A DNA stretch of 64,000 nucleotides, taken from the NCBI GenBank assembly GCA_976551045.1, contig CDPCPM010000010.1:8742001-8806000 (forward strand), in the 5' to 3' direction. The translations under genes were made by a program, and so were the position numbers. The stretch comes from Glaucostegus cemiculus. Taxonomy: Eukaryota. The notes beneath the pieces are model-generated. The model was not told where the DNA came from and did not search any database. It worked only from the letters and a program-made list of their open reading frames with translations. The stretch's first letter is position 1. Each line of letters opens with the position of its first letter. Of the stretch, positions 50,761 to 64,000 are shown in pieces.

Positions 50761-51504
50761 GGGGTAGGTTAACGTGAAAGAGAGCTGTGGAAAAGCAGCT
50801 TAACATCGTGTTGGGCTTGGAATATACACAGATTTGAAGGGAACAAAACAGTTCCCTTTGGTTGATCCATCAATGTGTAGAAAACATAGATTGAAGAAGA
50901 TTAGCAAAAGAACCAAAATTAACACAGAGAGAAACATTTTTATGCAGCGTGTGATTAGGGTCCAAATGCACTGTTAAGGGTAATAGAGAACGTTTATTCA
51001 CTGCAGCTGGGTAAATATCTGAGAGGAAAGAATTTGCAAGCCTGTGGGAGAGGGTGGAGGACTGGAATCAGCTAGATCACTTTACCATAGAACTGATGGG
51101 CCAAATTTCCTTTTGTAATCATTCTTTTATCATCTGAGAATTGATACTTAATGTGTTGCAAGTATCTTTTGTCTTGTAATACTTGCTTACTGTTTCCTTC
51201 GTCGTTCTTCTATCAAGATTCGAAGCATTGTGTCATTGATATAGGGAGTTAGAACACTTGTAGGTTCAGTTTTTTGTTGTCCTTATTGGATCATTTTCTT
51301 TTGAGGTGTAGATTACAAGAAAGATCAAAACAATTGTTCATGCTTGGGAATAGAAATAAATAATTTGCTATTGTACATTTGAATCCCCATGATGTCCTAA
51401 AATCCTTCAACTAATGGAATTCCTAAATGCAGTAGCTGTTTATTGCAAACTATTCCAGCTAAAAATAAGTAGTAATTTGCAGTGGATACTGAAAGTTCAA
51501 CAAG

Positions 51505-51670
51505 AACACTTCTGCACTTTCTCTGTAGCTGTGACACTTTACTCTGCATTCTGTATTGTCTTACCTTGTACTACCTCAATGCACTGTGTAATGAATTGAT
51601 CTATGTGAATGGTATGCAAGACAAGTTTTTCACTGTACCTTGGTACAAGTGACAATAATATTCCAATTCC
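51505..51670 (+). mobile_element. Rex/Babar 3' UTR fragment
   Basis: Matches 25465-25635 (tgcactttctctgta.ctgtgacactttactctg...ttggtacaagtgacaataat). Confidence 0.75.
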
Positions 51671-51824
51671 CTAGAATACATCTTGACACAAGGTATACAG
51701 ACTGATATTTCCAAAGGCTGGATATACTTATTCACAAATATATTTGATAAGTCTTAGATTGTCTGATATATGGTAGATGTGTATATGCATACCTGATGTG
51801 TTGTTATTCTGTTTTCTTCTGCAG

Positions 51825-51875
51825 TTGCTGGGAGCTGCATTTCTAGGAATAGGCCTCTGGGCTTGGGCTGAGAAG
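51825..51875 (+). CDS. TSPAN17: TSPAN17 exon 2: LLGAAFLGIGLWAWAEK
   Basis: 51 nt, ttctgcag|...AAG|gtattt. Confidence 0.95.
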
Positions 51876-52309
51876 GTATTTTGCATACGCACATACTTGA
51901 AACTGATTAATATAATTTTGGTGTTTTTAATCTATTCTAGGGAAGCATTGGTGTGGTAGGGAATGTTTTTAAGAATTTAATCACTCAATTTCGATTTGGT
52001 TCATGATGAGTAAACATGTTCACTTGAGCAGTTCAAGAAGAAACAAGGTGTTGAATTTATGTAGCGCACAAAGTGTCCTTGGAACATTTGCTAGTTTCCA
52101 TTTTTGAATGTTTCATTTTGTAATGTTGTTTGAAAGATCCATCCATTTGTTCTCTGCAGATGCTGATTTACCTGCTGAATATTTCCATTACTTTCTCTTT
52201 TCAAATTTCCACTATTCATAGTATTTTGATTCAGAATGTAGCCACTTTTTTATTCCAACCTTGTCTGACTTATACACTTCAGAACAAATGTGGATTAGAC
52301 TTCCACATA

Positions 52310-53591
52310 CAGTGGCATGCAAAAGTTTGGGCACCCCGGTCAAAATTTCTGTTACTGTGAATAGTTAAGTGAGTAAAAGATGACCAGATTTCCAAATGGT
52401 ATAAAGTTGAGGATGACACATTTCTTTAATAGTTTAAGCAACATTACTTTTTTTATTTCCACCTTTTACAGTTTCAAAATAACAAAAGGAGAAGGGCCTG
52501 AAGCAAAAGTTTGGGCATCCTGCATAGTCAGTACGTAGTAATACCCCCTTTGGCAAATATCTCAGCTTATAAATGCTTTCTGTAGCTAGCTAGGAGTCTT
52601 TCAATTCTTGTTTGGGGGTTTTTCACCCATTCTTCCTTGCCAAAAGCTTCTAGTTCTGAAAGATTCTTGAGCTGTCTTGCATGCACTGCTCTTTTGAGGT
52701 CTGTACACAGATTTTCGATGATGTTTAGGTCGGGGCACTGTGGGGGCCATGGCAAAACCTTCACCTTGTTCCTCTTGAGGTAGTCCATTGTGGATTTTGT
52801 GGTGTGTTTAGGATCATTACCCTCTTTTCACCTTCAGCATTTCTTACAGACGGTGTGATGTTTGCTTCCAGAGTTTGTTGGTATTTAATTGAATTCATTC
52901 TTCCCTCTACCAGTGAAATGTTCCCTATGCCACTGGCTGCAACACAAGCCCAAAGCATGATCGATCTACCCCCGTGCTTAACAGTTGAAGAGGTGTTCTT
53001 TTCATGAAATACTGCACCCCTTTTCTCCAAACATACCTTTGCTCATTGCAGCCAAGAAGTTCTATTTTAACTTCATCAGTCCACAGGACTTGTTTCCAAA
53101 ATGCATCAGGCTTGTTTTAGATGTTCCTATGCAAACTTCTGCTGCTGAATTTTGTGCTGAGAATGCAGGAAAGCTTGGAGAAAAAAAATCTGTGGATAGA
53201 CCTCAAAAGAGCAGTGCGTGCAAGATGGCCCAAGAATCTTACAGAACTGGAAGCCTCTTGCAAGGAAAAATGGGTGAAAATCCCCTAAACAAGAATTGAA
53301 AGACTCTTAGCTGGCTACAGAAAGCATTTACAAGCTGTGATACTTGCCAAAGGGGGTGTTACTAAGTACTGACCATGCAGGGTGCCCAAACTTTTGCTTT
53401 GGGCCCTTTTCCTTTTTTGTTATTTTTAAAGTGTAAAAGATGGAAATAAAAAAAAGTAATCTTCCTTAAAATACTAAAGAAATGTCATTTTTAACTTTAT
53501 GCCATTTGGAAATCTGGTCATCTTTTACTCGATTAGCTATTCACAGTAACAGAAATTTTGACCGGGGTGCCCAAACTTTTGCATGCCACTG
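52310..53591. mobile_element. Non-autonomous Tc1/mariner (IR/DR type) DNA transposon
   Basis: TA|CAGTGGCATGCAAAAGTTTGGGCACCCC ... GGGGTGCCCAAACTTTTGCATGCCACTG|TA; inner repeats at ~52500 and ~53380. Transposase remnants on - (TVKHGG.SIMLW, WPPQCPDLNIIENL). Confidence 0.95.
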
Positions 53592-54542
53592 TATCTATGC
53601 ATACCTCAAACTAAATGATCCTATAATGGATTTGGCATCTCTAATTGTTGTATAATCATGTACTGAAATCAGATTTTGTTTTCGCAAATTGATGTTATTA
53701 TTAATAGGTTTTTAGTTTGTGATTCATCTTCATATGGTCTTCTGTTGTTCACTCTCATTTGCTGCCAGTATATTTTCTACACTGGCAGCTTCTTCCATTC
53801 TGCATTATTACCTAGGGACTGCCACACAGCTTCATCATTGACATCTTGAAGTAATAGTTACATTGAGTACTAATGCTCTAATCGCATGTAACCTGAAAGG
53901 AGGGTGACATGGAGACCTACCAGTTTCTGCAATTGAAGTCATGCTAACAAGCTGATCTGGATGTTATGCAAAGCATTAATCTTAGTCTGTAGGAACCAGC
54001 CCTGAGGTATATGAGCAAGGATTCTATTTCATTAAGCATTCCTGTGAGAATTCTATCAGAAAATGCAGCCCAATCTGATTTGATGCACCTTGCTGCTTAT
54101 AGAATTACATTGTCATTCATTTTGTCATTTACCACATTCATGCCATCTATACATTTCTTTATTGGTAACTAATCTGTGTTCAGTAGTGTGAAGAATGTTT
54201 TATGCTGTGGGTATTCACTTAAATGTGCATTGAAAAAAAAATTCTGATGGCTTTTGACTGTTCCTTGATTCTCTAGCCTATCTGTAAAATATTTCACAAT
54301 AGAAAGTGTCTTCTCTGGTGACCTTTCGTCCATTTTGATACCAATTATCTTGTATGTATTGACCACTAGTACCTAAACACACTTGTTATATGACAGCCTT
54401 GATTTTTAATGTCACGTCTTTGTAGTGTGGGAATTAGTCTACTGGTTTTACTTTAAATGAGAGATTCATTGTAAATAGAGGTAGTAGGATGTTTAGTACA
54501 TCTGTTTGAGTAATGATAATTACGTACAATACTCTTTTTCAG

Positions 54543-54689
54543 GGTGTGCTTTCCAACATCTCTTCTATCACAGACCTGGGAGGATTTGACCCAGTCTGGT
54601 TGTTCATTGTTGTCGGTGGAGTAATGTTCATTCTTGGATTTGCTGGCTGTATTGGTGCACTACGTGAGAACACTTTCCTATTGAAATTT
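54543..54689 (+). CDS. TSPAN17: TSPAN17 exon 3: [49 protein letters not shown]
   Basis: 147 nt, canonical splice sites, tetraspanin GCIGALREN motif. Confidence 0.97.
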
Positions 54690-55399
54690 GTAAGTTTACA
54701 TTACCACTTATCTGTGAGAAAATTTATAAAGTGGATGGTGACCTTGTAGATTTTATAAAGCTTTGGAATTATTAATAGTTTTTGAAATAACAATTCACTC
54801 AGTTTAAGTTGCTTTTCAATTAAAAAAAATTCTATAAACTCATTAAGTTGAAAAACATACATGGGTAAACACAGTTATTTAAAAATTTCCAAATATTGTT
54901 AAGCTACTTCTAAACTTTGATTTATCCATATTTGAACATAATTGAGAAATTGTTTAGAATAACTAGTGATAAAATTCTGAACATTTTAAAGGAAAAAATA
55001 GATAACTTGTAAGAAACAGTTCAGAGTCAAAATAGTTTTGATGCAAGCATATGTGAATTTAACCATAAGAGTTGTGAATATTAAAATCTGATGTATCAAT
55101 GAGTGTTTAACATAACTGTGTTTGGTTTTCTCTCTGAGGAAATCGGCATGTTAATTGGTTCCAGCTAAAAGGCTTTTGACAAAAATGTGGTACTGATCCA
55201 CTTTTAATTTAGTTGCTATTTCTTTAAATCTTTTTACAAACAGTGACCAATTGCAGCTTAAATTCCTCTACCAAATTTATTTTGCTAGTGCGGCAAGCTT
55301 TGTTAAAGGTGAATATTTTGGTCCCATGTGCATATGGTAGTTCTCTTTTTAAATCTGAGTGATGTCAAATCAAAATCTAGCATGGGAAGTTTAGAAGGC

Positions 55400-56800
55400 C
55401 TGCACTAGTTTTCTCCGGTGTTAGCCCTTCAGCCACCCAGGTAGTATAGTCAAGACATGATAGCCTTCCATTCTAGCAGTTATCGTGTTGCTAAATATAG
55501 TTTGGATAGGGAATTTGAAAGATTCACTGCCCTCAAGTTGAAGTTTTTTGCTCTTCCAAGTCCTGAACAGCTCACCCCTTATTTTGAGAATGTGACTCCG
55601 TCCTAAACACCCCATCAAGTAGAAACATCATACCCTGCATCATTCCTATCAATCTGACAGTGTTTTACACATTTGTGAGATCACCTCTCGTTCTTTCAAA
55701 TTCTTGAGAGGATAGGCCCAGTCTTTTAATCAGTTAATAAGATAACACCTGCTACTAACCAGAATCAATTTAATGAACCTACTTTGCTCTACATTTATCA
55801 CAACTATATCCTTCCTTGAGTCCTAATATAATTGGAGTAAGACACCTTTACTCTTTGCTCAAAATCTGTTCTGAAATAATCGGTGTACAGTTTGCCTTAC
55901 TAATTACTGAACCTGCATATTTCTTCAGTGATTCATGTACAAGAACATCTAGAGCCCTCTGAGTATTGTCACCTTTCTAGGTCTCATGATTTAGGAAACA
56001 TTCTGCTTTTATATTTTTCTACCAAAGTGGATGGTCTCAGAGTTTTCCAGTGTCCACCTGAACCTCTTGTGTCCTCCTCATAATCCCCATTGTTTTACAG
56101 CTTTGATTATTAGCAATCTTGGGCATATTACACTTAATCCCTTAATCATTAATTTAGATTGTAAGCAGTTTAAGCATTGGCACTGATTCCTGTGGAGCCC
56201 CAATATTCACAGCCTCCCAAAAGAAAATGACCTGTTTATTGCAACTGTTTATCTCTTAATCAATCCTTAATCAATGCCAATATATTACTCCCTGAACTAA
56301 TGTGCTCTAATTTTGTTTAATAACCTGTTGTGTGGTACTTTTAGAAGCCTTCTGAAATTTCAAGTATACCACATCTACTGATTTTTCTTTTTTCCCTAGT
56401 TACAATTTCAAATAACTAACTGATTTGTGAGAACATAATTTCCTTTTGTACGTCTGTTATCCCTGCCCAATCCCATTGCTAGACTAACTGGTCTGTGTCT
56501 CCCCCTTAAATGGTGCAGTTACATTAGCTACTTTCCTATCTGGGAACTATTCTAGAATCTGGAATTTTGGAGGTTGACCTCAGCAACCACTACTACCACA
56601 GTCATCTATTTCATGACTTTGGGATGCAGGTTATCATCCTGAGGATTTAATTGGAAAATGGTTTTGAAAATATTTTATTTTACCAATGGAACTTTCTTTT
56701 ACTTTAACCTGTTGTGCTCTACTATTTCTGGGAGGTTTTCTGCACAAACTATCTGTTAAATTTCCTTGCCTTATTTCCCCAGTATAATTTCTTCCATCTC
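55400..56800 (-). mobile_element. Very old CR1-type LINE fragment
   Basis: Decayed RT remnants (cactgattcctgtggagcccc; aagccttctgaaatttcaagtataccacatctac). Confidence 0.55.
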
Positions 56801-57434
56801 ACATTCTCTAAAACATCTAGATTAAAGTCTTTTACTTTTATCTGAACACTGGTACCTTAAGTGCTCAGGATGCATTTCCATGAACAAGGTTGCAAATGGA
56901 ATTTTCATTAAAAGAAGTCATTATAGTATCATAAATAGTGGAATATGTTATCAACAGTACTGCTGTGTCAAGATCCTGGCTTGAACTCCTGCTGTCCCCT
57001 CTGATGGGCTGGGAACCAGGAATTTGTGCGGTGTGGCCAGTCAGCCTTGAGATGAGGAGCTAAGGGTTGTGCACAGGCTGCATGACAAATGTGCACTCTG
57101 GGGACAGGCAGTGTGTAACTACCTGGATCCTGCTGTCTCTCTCATCACCAGCTTTGGATACGATGGAAGCTGCTGTCTTTTTTGTTTGTCTGCACAGTCT
57201 GGAGATTTCTCCATGGTAACCAGCTCAATGTTGGTCACTGGCTATTAAACGTACTATAGAGAAATCACTGTTTTGGGGAGAGCTGTGCAGCTGAATAAAG
57301 TGAAGGAGAGACAGGAGTTTCTGTTTAATTGAACAGTTGATGAGAGGTGCTGTAGGGTTCAGGCAGTCTGTCAACATCTGGAATGGGTGCTGCTTGTCGC
57401 CAGCAAAATGAATTTTTAAATAGCAGAAAAAAGG

Positions 57435-57640
57435 TGTTTACATAAGCACCTTTTCTCCTATTATGAACATCATAAGAACTTCACAGATAAGTAGTTTAAA
57501 TGTAGTCACAGTTATAATGTAGGAGTAGTCACAGCCAATTTGAACACAGCAAAGAATAATTAAAACAAAATGACTACAATTCATTTTCCCCTTGTTAATT
57601 AAGGGATAAATATTAGCTTGCAGAGCATTAGAAACTACAA
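57435..57640 (-). mobile_element. Ancient Deu-domain SINE 3' part
   Basis: gtagtcac.gtt.taatgtagga...cagccaattg..cacagcaa...agggataaatatt is the reverse complement of the Deu core and tail. Confidence 0.55.
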
Positions 57641-60066
57641 ACTTCAGATTTTTTCCATAGGATCTGTTGCCTACATTTATGTCACCAGAACTTCTGGGAA
57701 CAATGGGATAAAAACATATCATTGGTTGCTTCTATACAATATGCTGATGGATATGAAGTATACTCTCTTCCAAAATGTAGTTCCTTTGACTTAAGCAGTT
57801 TAGAACAGGCACTAGATCAACATGGTTGTGTATTTCAATGGAGACAGATGGCTATAAGTGAGCTGGCTATATGGTAATTTACATTATTTTTGAATTGAGT
57901 TTATTTAAAAATAGATATACTTCAGTGTTTTATGGATATCCTTTTGTTTCATTGAATTTTAAGTTTATGAAGGTCCTTGATTCTTATTCTGAATGTGCCA
58001 TTTTGATATAGCTAATTTTTGACTTTGATAGATAAACCAAGTACCAGACAGCTGCCAGTTTTTCTCAACTTAATGTTTGATCAAGGAATGAAGCATGAAC
58101 TTCTTAATGCTTGCCCTTGTTGGGCTTTCCATAAGTGGTAGGACCATGATTAGAACAGCTGAGAGATGTCTTAACTCTGTAGAAATTGTCTTTTCCATTG
58201 GTGAGATACCCAGGTAAGCAAGGCATACTGCTATTTATGTGCATGCATAGAAAATATGCTATACTGTGTAGGACAGGAATGCAGGAATAGGGCTTTTGGG
58301 GCAGTCAGGTGGAGTTAATCTTCATTACTTGAAATTCAAGAAATGAAATTGTCTGGATTGGTGCCCTCCAGATTAGTAGAAAGGGAAAACTGGAACTCAC
58401 GATTAAAAATAAAAATAGATGTTATGTAGAATGATCTTTCAGTGAATGAGAATTGATAGGCTTGAAATTTATCCAACAAAAACTGAAGTTCATCAAGGAA
58501 ATCGAGATTTGGGCAGTGATAGGGTTATAGTATGGAATTCAGAGTTTAGAAATGGGTGATTCACCTCTGTTTATATTCCTCAGTCTTCTGTCATTCTCTC
58601 TCCCTCATTTCAGTCTTCCATCATGTCTCTTTTCCTTTTACTCTCATCTAGTTTCCTTTTGAATTGTCTGTGCTCTTTCCCTTCTAACCGTGGAGTGTTC
58701 TCCATTCCAACCACTCTGAATAAATATGTTTTTATAATTATTTGGATTTATGTCATCTTCCTGCATTTATGGGACTGGTGTTGGGTACTCCAGTGATTAG
58801 AAATGATCTTTCAATATCTTCACTCTCCAACTTGTTCATAATGTTAAAGAGCTCGAATAGGTATTCTCCAAGTTCTGTTTCCTCAAGAGGGAAAGCTTCA
58901 GCTTGTTCAGTCCTTCCTGATAGCTGTAATCTCTGGTATCATCCTTACTGGAGCCTTGCTTGAATTCTCTCTAGTTCTTTCGCAATCTTCATAAGAGAGT
59001 TTTCTGTGGCATGGTCAAGGCCCTGTTCAGACCTGACTTAAGTTTGGATTCTCCTAATACCTTAATACTTGAAAGAAATCCCTGTATTTTATAAGGATTG
59101 TTCTGCAAATCTGTTTTAATGATTTGTTCACTTGTATTTCTAAAACTTGTTCACTTGTAGTCCTAGATACCTTTTATTCTTCTATCCCATTTAATATTTA
59201 AGATGCAGTTAATTTCTATTTGTATCAGAGTTAATCTTCTATTTACATTAAAGTTCATTTGCTACCTAATTACTCAGCCTGAGAGAGGTTTAGTAGTGTG
59301 ACGTACTGTTCTCTTTTAAATCAAAGTGGATGTTAAAGGAAGCTGAACCTAGGAAGCATTTGAAATAATAGCACACACATAACCAGCTTTTGTATCAGCA
59401 ATAGAAATTGCAGTTCAGAACCAAAAGGGATGAATTGGAAATTAGAGGTACAAAAAAAAAGTTTGAGACTTACTTTAAAGCAAGAAAAGGAATCCCCTTT
59501 TTTTGTATCCTATTCCTATCGAGACTGCAGATGAACTGATGCTTTTTGTATTACTCATCATGGCCTTGAACCTGATGGTCCATTTTGAAGGCTTTGTTTT
59601 TAACATTATTATTTCTTTGCTAATTATAATGACATGCAGAGGCCTGTTTATTTTTGCTAAAGTTTATCTGGGGTCACATAAAAAGATATGGCATGCTATC
59701 AGCCACTTGGTAGATTGCTGTGAAGTGACATACATAAAACTATTATATAACTGGCATTTACCATTGAGATTTATAGAATTTCACTGGCATTTTAGAGGTC
59801 ATTAGTTTGGCAGATAATATTTTCAGATATCAGCTTTGCTTAGTATCTTAACTATGCAGTAATTAAAACATGCTATGCTTTTTTGCTTTGGAGTAATGTC
59901 ATATCAAATACTTCAAAAATAATCTAGTTGTAAAAATTGAATCCAGGTGTTCTGACGTTTTGAAAATTTTATTGTGAAAATAATACGTCAGCTGAGAAAA
60001 CATGCCACACATGAGTTTTTATTATGTTTTGGTGCAAGTTACATTGTAATAAGTTTTATTTTTCAG

Positions 60067-60237
60067 TTTTCAGTATTTCTGGGTTTAATTTTCTTCTTGG
60101 AGTTGACAACTGGGATACTAGCATTTGTCTTCAAGGACTGGATCAAGGACCAGCTCAACTTATTTATCAACAAAAATGTTCAAGCTTATAGGGATGATAT
60201 AGATCTTCAAAACCTTATTGATTTTGCACAAGAATAT
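60067..60237 (+). CDS. TSPAN17: TSPAN17 exon 4: FSVFLGLIFFLELTTGILAFVFKDWIKDQLNLFINKNVQAYRDDIDLQNLIDFAQEY
   Basis: 171 nt, canonical splice sites, TspanC8 YRDDIDLQNLID motif. Confidence 0.97.
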
Positions 60238-61159
60238 GTAAGTAACAAGAACTTTCTAAATTCAATCAAACCTTAAGTGGGCACCTGATATATTATATAC
60301 ATTATATGGGAGGTACTTATTCCACTCTAATGCAGTATATTTGTAACATATTGTGATGTTTCAAAAATTAATCATTGTCCTGAAAGTGCTTTGACTTGTC
60401 ATCCCACCCGCAAATACAAATAATAAATGCATTATTGGAGATGATTGTGCTGCCTTATCTCAACATTTCCTGTTTCATAGTAATTAATGTCTATAATTAT
60501 TTGAATGTTGTTGTACTTGTAGATAACCAGCCAATCACTTTACCCATTCAGAACAATGGGCAGCATGAATTCAGAGTTGATTTTTTTAAAATCCCTTAGA
60601 CAATCTAAAACTGTCCATTTTTTGAGTATGGATCCTTCTTTAAGAGGTCTTGGAGTGTTCTGTATAGAAGATAGCAAAAGGACTATGCTGGTACAGAGCT
60701 GGTGCTCCTTTGTAATTGGGTTAACATGTGTTGGATAGTGTAGCGGAAGCTTTAATTTGCCTTTAATCCACACATTTCCTGATCTGGAAATGTATCCTAG
60801 TACAAACCACAGAATATCTAGCACAAATATGTTAAAGAAAGTGTCCAAAAATGTAATTGTTCTTGCGTACATTGGCAATTTTAAAAGCGAAAGGTTTTCC
60901 TGATTGTCATGAGTAAATTACTACTTGGTCTACTTTGTCTATAGAATCTGGGTGATCCCAGATTCAATTCCGTGGTGAAAAACAGTCAAATATATGTTCT
61001 GATGAGAACAAAATAACTCCACTTAGCAGTCATTGAATTATCTTTTCATATGCTTGTTATGCCAGAGTACAGTCAACACTTCATTATGCTTTTTAATTTT
61101 ATATTTGTTTTAAGGGATCTTTCAAGAATTTTTCAGTCCAAGACATTGTGAAGTGTGGA

Positions 61160-61745
61160 ATAGGTATAACACGAGTAGATGGAGTGGTGAAGATGACATA
61201 CAGTATGCTTGCCTTCATTAGTTGAGGCACTGAGTATAAAAGTAAGGAAGTTGTGTTGCAGCTGTATAAAAGTTTGGTTCGGCTACCTTTAGAGTATTGT
61301 GTGCAGTCTGGTCACTTCATTAGGAACAATGTGGAGGCTTTGGAGAGGGTGCAGAAGAGGTTGAGTATCAGCTATAAGGAGTGGTTGGATAAACCTGGAT
61401 TGTTTTCTCTAGTATACGGGATGTGAGGTGAGACCTGATAGAAGTTTATAAAATCATAAGAGGCATGGATGGGGTAGCTGATGTCAAATGGTAGAGGGCA
61501 TAGCTTTAAGGTGAGAGGGGGAACGTTTAAAGGAAATGTGTGAGGCAAGTTTTCTTGCAGTGTGGCAAGTGCCTGGATCAGGCTGCCAGAGGGTGGTGCC
61601 CAACACAATACTGAAGTTTGAGGCAATTAGACAGGCATGTGAACGAGCAGGGAATGGAGAGAGATGGGATTAGTTTAATTTGGCTTCATGATCGGCACAG
61701 ATATCATGAGTCAAAGGGCCTGTTCTTGTGCTATGCTGTTCAATG
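61160..61745 (+). mobile_element. CR1 3' fragment
   Basis: AFIS.G.EYKSKEVVLQLYKSLV..LEYCVQ-like sequence, GDLIEVYKII, and a 3' end gggcctgttcttgtgctatgctgttc. Confidence 0.8.
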
Positions 61746-62874
61746 TTTTGCAAGCCCCATGTAATCTGAAATATTATCTGCAGATCCATATTTGTGAAGT
61801 TGGTTCTGTACTGTTGGGAATGTGGGCTGGGTATACGGTCAGAGTTGCGATCAGGAACACTGCTGGTCAGGAATATAGTATTTCTAACAGAATGCATGCT
61901 TCTTCAGGATGGTAGAGAAAGCTCTGGGTGGGGGAAACAAATTCACTTTGATAGTCACGTTTTTGCATTTTCTGATATTACCTGTTCCTGGACTTAACAT
62001 TAGTCCCCTCTTTCAAAACAAAACACTACATTCTTTTCTATCCTAATGATAAGTCTTGATGAAGTTTTCTTTTGGCAGTGCAGATCCTTGGGTACAGATA
62101 GTTTTACTGTACGGAAGATAAAATATTACAAGTGTCTATGGTGTGTGACTATTTTTATTCAGGTGTTATTTTTACTCCTTTAGTAAACAAAGGCACTCTA
62201 ATAAAGGGCTGCTGGAACATGTTGGTATCAGTGCTGTGGAAGTAATATTCTGCATTGTGAATTTCTACATTAATTGCAGCTAATTAATTGTGGAACAAGT
62301 TGTGAATAGAGATGAGACTTTGCAATAGTAATCATCCTGATCCACATGCAGATATCTGTAGTTCAAGTGACAGTAATAGAAATAGAAGCAGAATCCCTTG
62401 TCTTTTATAAGTTGGGTATTGTGCAAGTGAATTTTTTAAGAGTGCCACCTACTGCCTGCAGTAAATTTGATTTCAGATGAGGGGTTTTGTCTATGAACAG
62501 TGAAGAATTTGAGTACTAGCTAACTATATTAATAATTGCTTTCCATTGCTTTCTCCCCCACCCCCCAGATCATACATGTAGCACTATCCTTTTGTGCTAT
62601 AATGTAACATTGGATTTTGGCTAACTATCTTATCAGAAGAATGTGAAAAGACTTGAAGAAATGTTGAGTACCATTGAATTGTGGGAATAACAAAGAGGAT
62701 ATTTTAAGAAAAAATTATTTTCTGTCCAGAGTCAGCGTTTGTGTTTGGTAAAATGTAAGGCAGGTTTATTTATCTTGCATTTGGACTGCACTTTTAATAC
62801 CATTGTCTTTCAGGGAATAGCATTATAGCTTGTTTGTAAAGCTCTAATATTTATTTTATTTTTTATTCTAATAG

Positions 62875-63000
62875 TGGTTGTGCTGTGGTGCTCGAGGACC
62901 CATCGACTGGGATCTAAATATTTACTTTAACTGTACAGATTTCAACCCAAGCAGAGAGCGATGTGGTGTTCCATTCTCTTGCTGTATAAAAGACCCTGCG
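62875..63000 (+). CDS. TSPAN17: TSPAN17 exon 5: WLCCGARGPIDWDLNIYFNCTDFNPSRERCGVPFSCCIKDPA (gene continues beyond the window)
   Basis: 126 nt; CCG, NIYF and PFSCC motifs. CCGARGP and NPSRER match TSPAN17 rather than TSPAN5 (CCGAFGA, NASRER). Confidence 0.95.
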
Positions 63001-63064
63001 GTATGAATAATGCAGAAAATTTAAGCTTGTATTGTAGATTATAACTGCGTTTAGTTGAATAGAA

Positions 63065-64000
63065 TGCTTCATTGGAGTAGAACACAACTAGAGACGATAA
63101 ATCTTTACAGGATTTAAGCTTTTGAATTCTAACTTTGAAAGTTGATCATGGGATATGAATAAGGACTTATCAAGTAGAAACAGAGTAGCCTGTTCTTGAG
63201 CCTGGTCCCCATTCTTAGGGTTATGGCTGGCTTGCCCTGTCCCTATAATGGATCCCTTGCTGATTTGAAATCCATGTAGATCACCCTTAAATGTACCCAA
63301 GAACTGTTCCCATAGCTCAGTCAAGGAATTCCAAAGACTCTGAGAGAAGACATTTTTCGTCCTCTGTTTTGAATTAGCACTCCTCTTTTTTTTCTCTGAG
63401 ACTCTTCTGGTTCTGGACTCGCTCAGGAGAAGAAACATTTACTTTGTGTAGTCTCTAAGAATTCTGTGTTTCAATAAGATTGTCTCTATTTCTTAACTCC
63501 ATTGAGTAGCATCCCAATCTTGTTTAACCTTGTAGGACATTTCCTCCTTACTCTGCATCATTATCCACAACTGCTTTGAATTAAATAATCTTTCCTTAAA
63601 CAGAGGGGCCAAAATTGTTCACAGTACTAGTTTCATTAGTGATTTATACAGCTGCAGTAAAATTTCCCTCTCCTTATACTGCAATAAAAGCCAACATTCC
63701 ACCAGCCTTTCCCAGTACCTGCTATACTTATGTGTGCACTTTATGTGGTTTTGTGCACAAGAATGCCTAAATTTCTTTGTCCTGCAGCTTTTTGAAGTTT
63801 TACTCCATTGAATAATAGCCTTTTTTTATCCAAAATGAACAATCTTATTTTTTTCAGGTTTGCCAACTTATTGCCACTCAGTTAACCTATAGCAGTTTGT
63901 ATCCTCGCAACTTGTCATTCCACCCGTTTTTGTGTCATCTGTAAATTCGACTACCATATGTTTGTTTTCTTCAAGTTATTAATATATGTTATAAACAGAC
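63065..64000 (-). mobile_element. Old CR1-type LINE 3' fragment
   Basis: Decayed FSQ..WNSL motif (ORF 63088-63438) and a FTDD.K.GG remnant at ~63920-63945. Confidence 0.55.

Overview
Eukaryotic (vertebrate) genomic DNA. It is most likely from a cartilaginous fish (shark or ray); this is inferred from HE1/V-SINE-like, Deu-SINE-like, CR1 and Penelope repeats. The ORF track is largely uninformative because the real genes are spliced. Three genes were assembled by hand. (1) A synuclein on the - strand, with its first two coding exons at 5734-5614 and 5097-5059; it is beta-like and the rest was not found in the window. (2) A complete 7-coding-exon eIF4E-family gene on + (26806-35980, 213 aa) with eIF4E1B signatures. 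(3) The first five coding exons of TSPAN17 on + (43391-63000), with a CpG-island promoter. This matches the conserved SNCB<- ->EIF4E1B ->TSPAN17 block. The rest is mostly transposon-derived: a three-layer CR1>L1>CR1 nest with readable target-site duplications (TSDs), Penelope elements with minimal hammerhead-ribozyme motifs, Rex/Babar LINE ends, a Tc1 element built from two right ends, a decayed Harbinger, and SINEs. No new multi-gene system is demonstrable. The most notable points are loss of the Ser209 phosphosite in eIF4E1B, a one-codon-shorter synuclein exon, the hammerhead repeat family, and the TE architectures.
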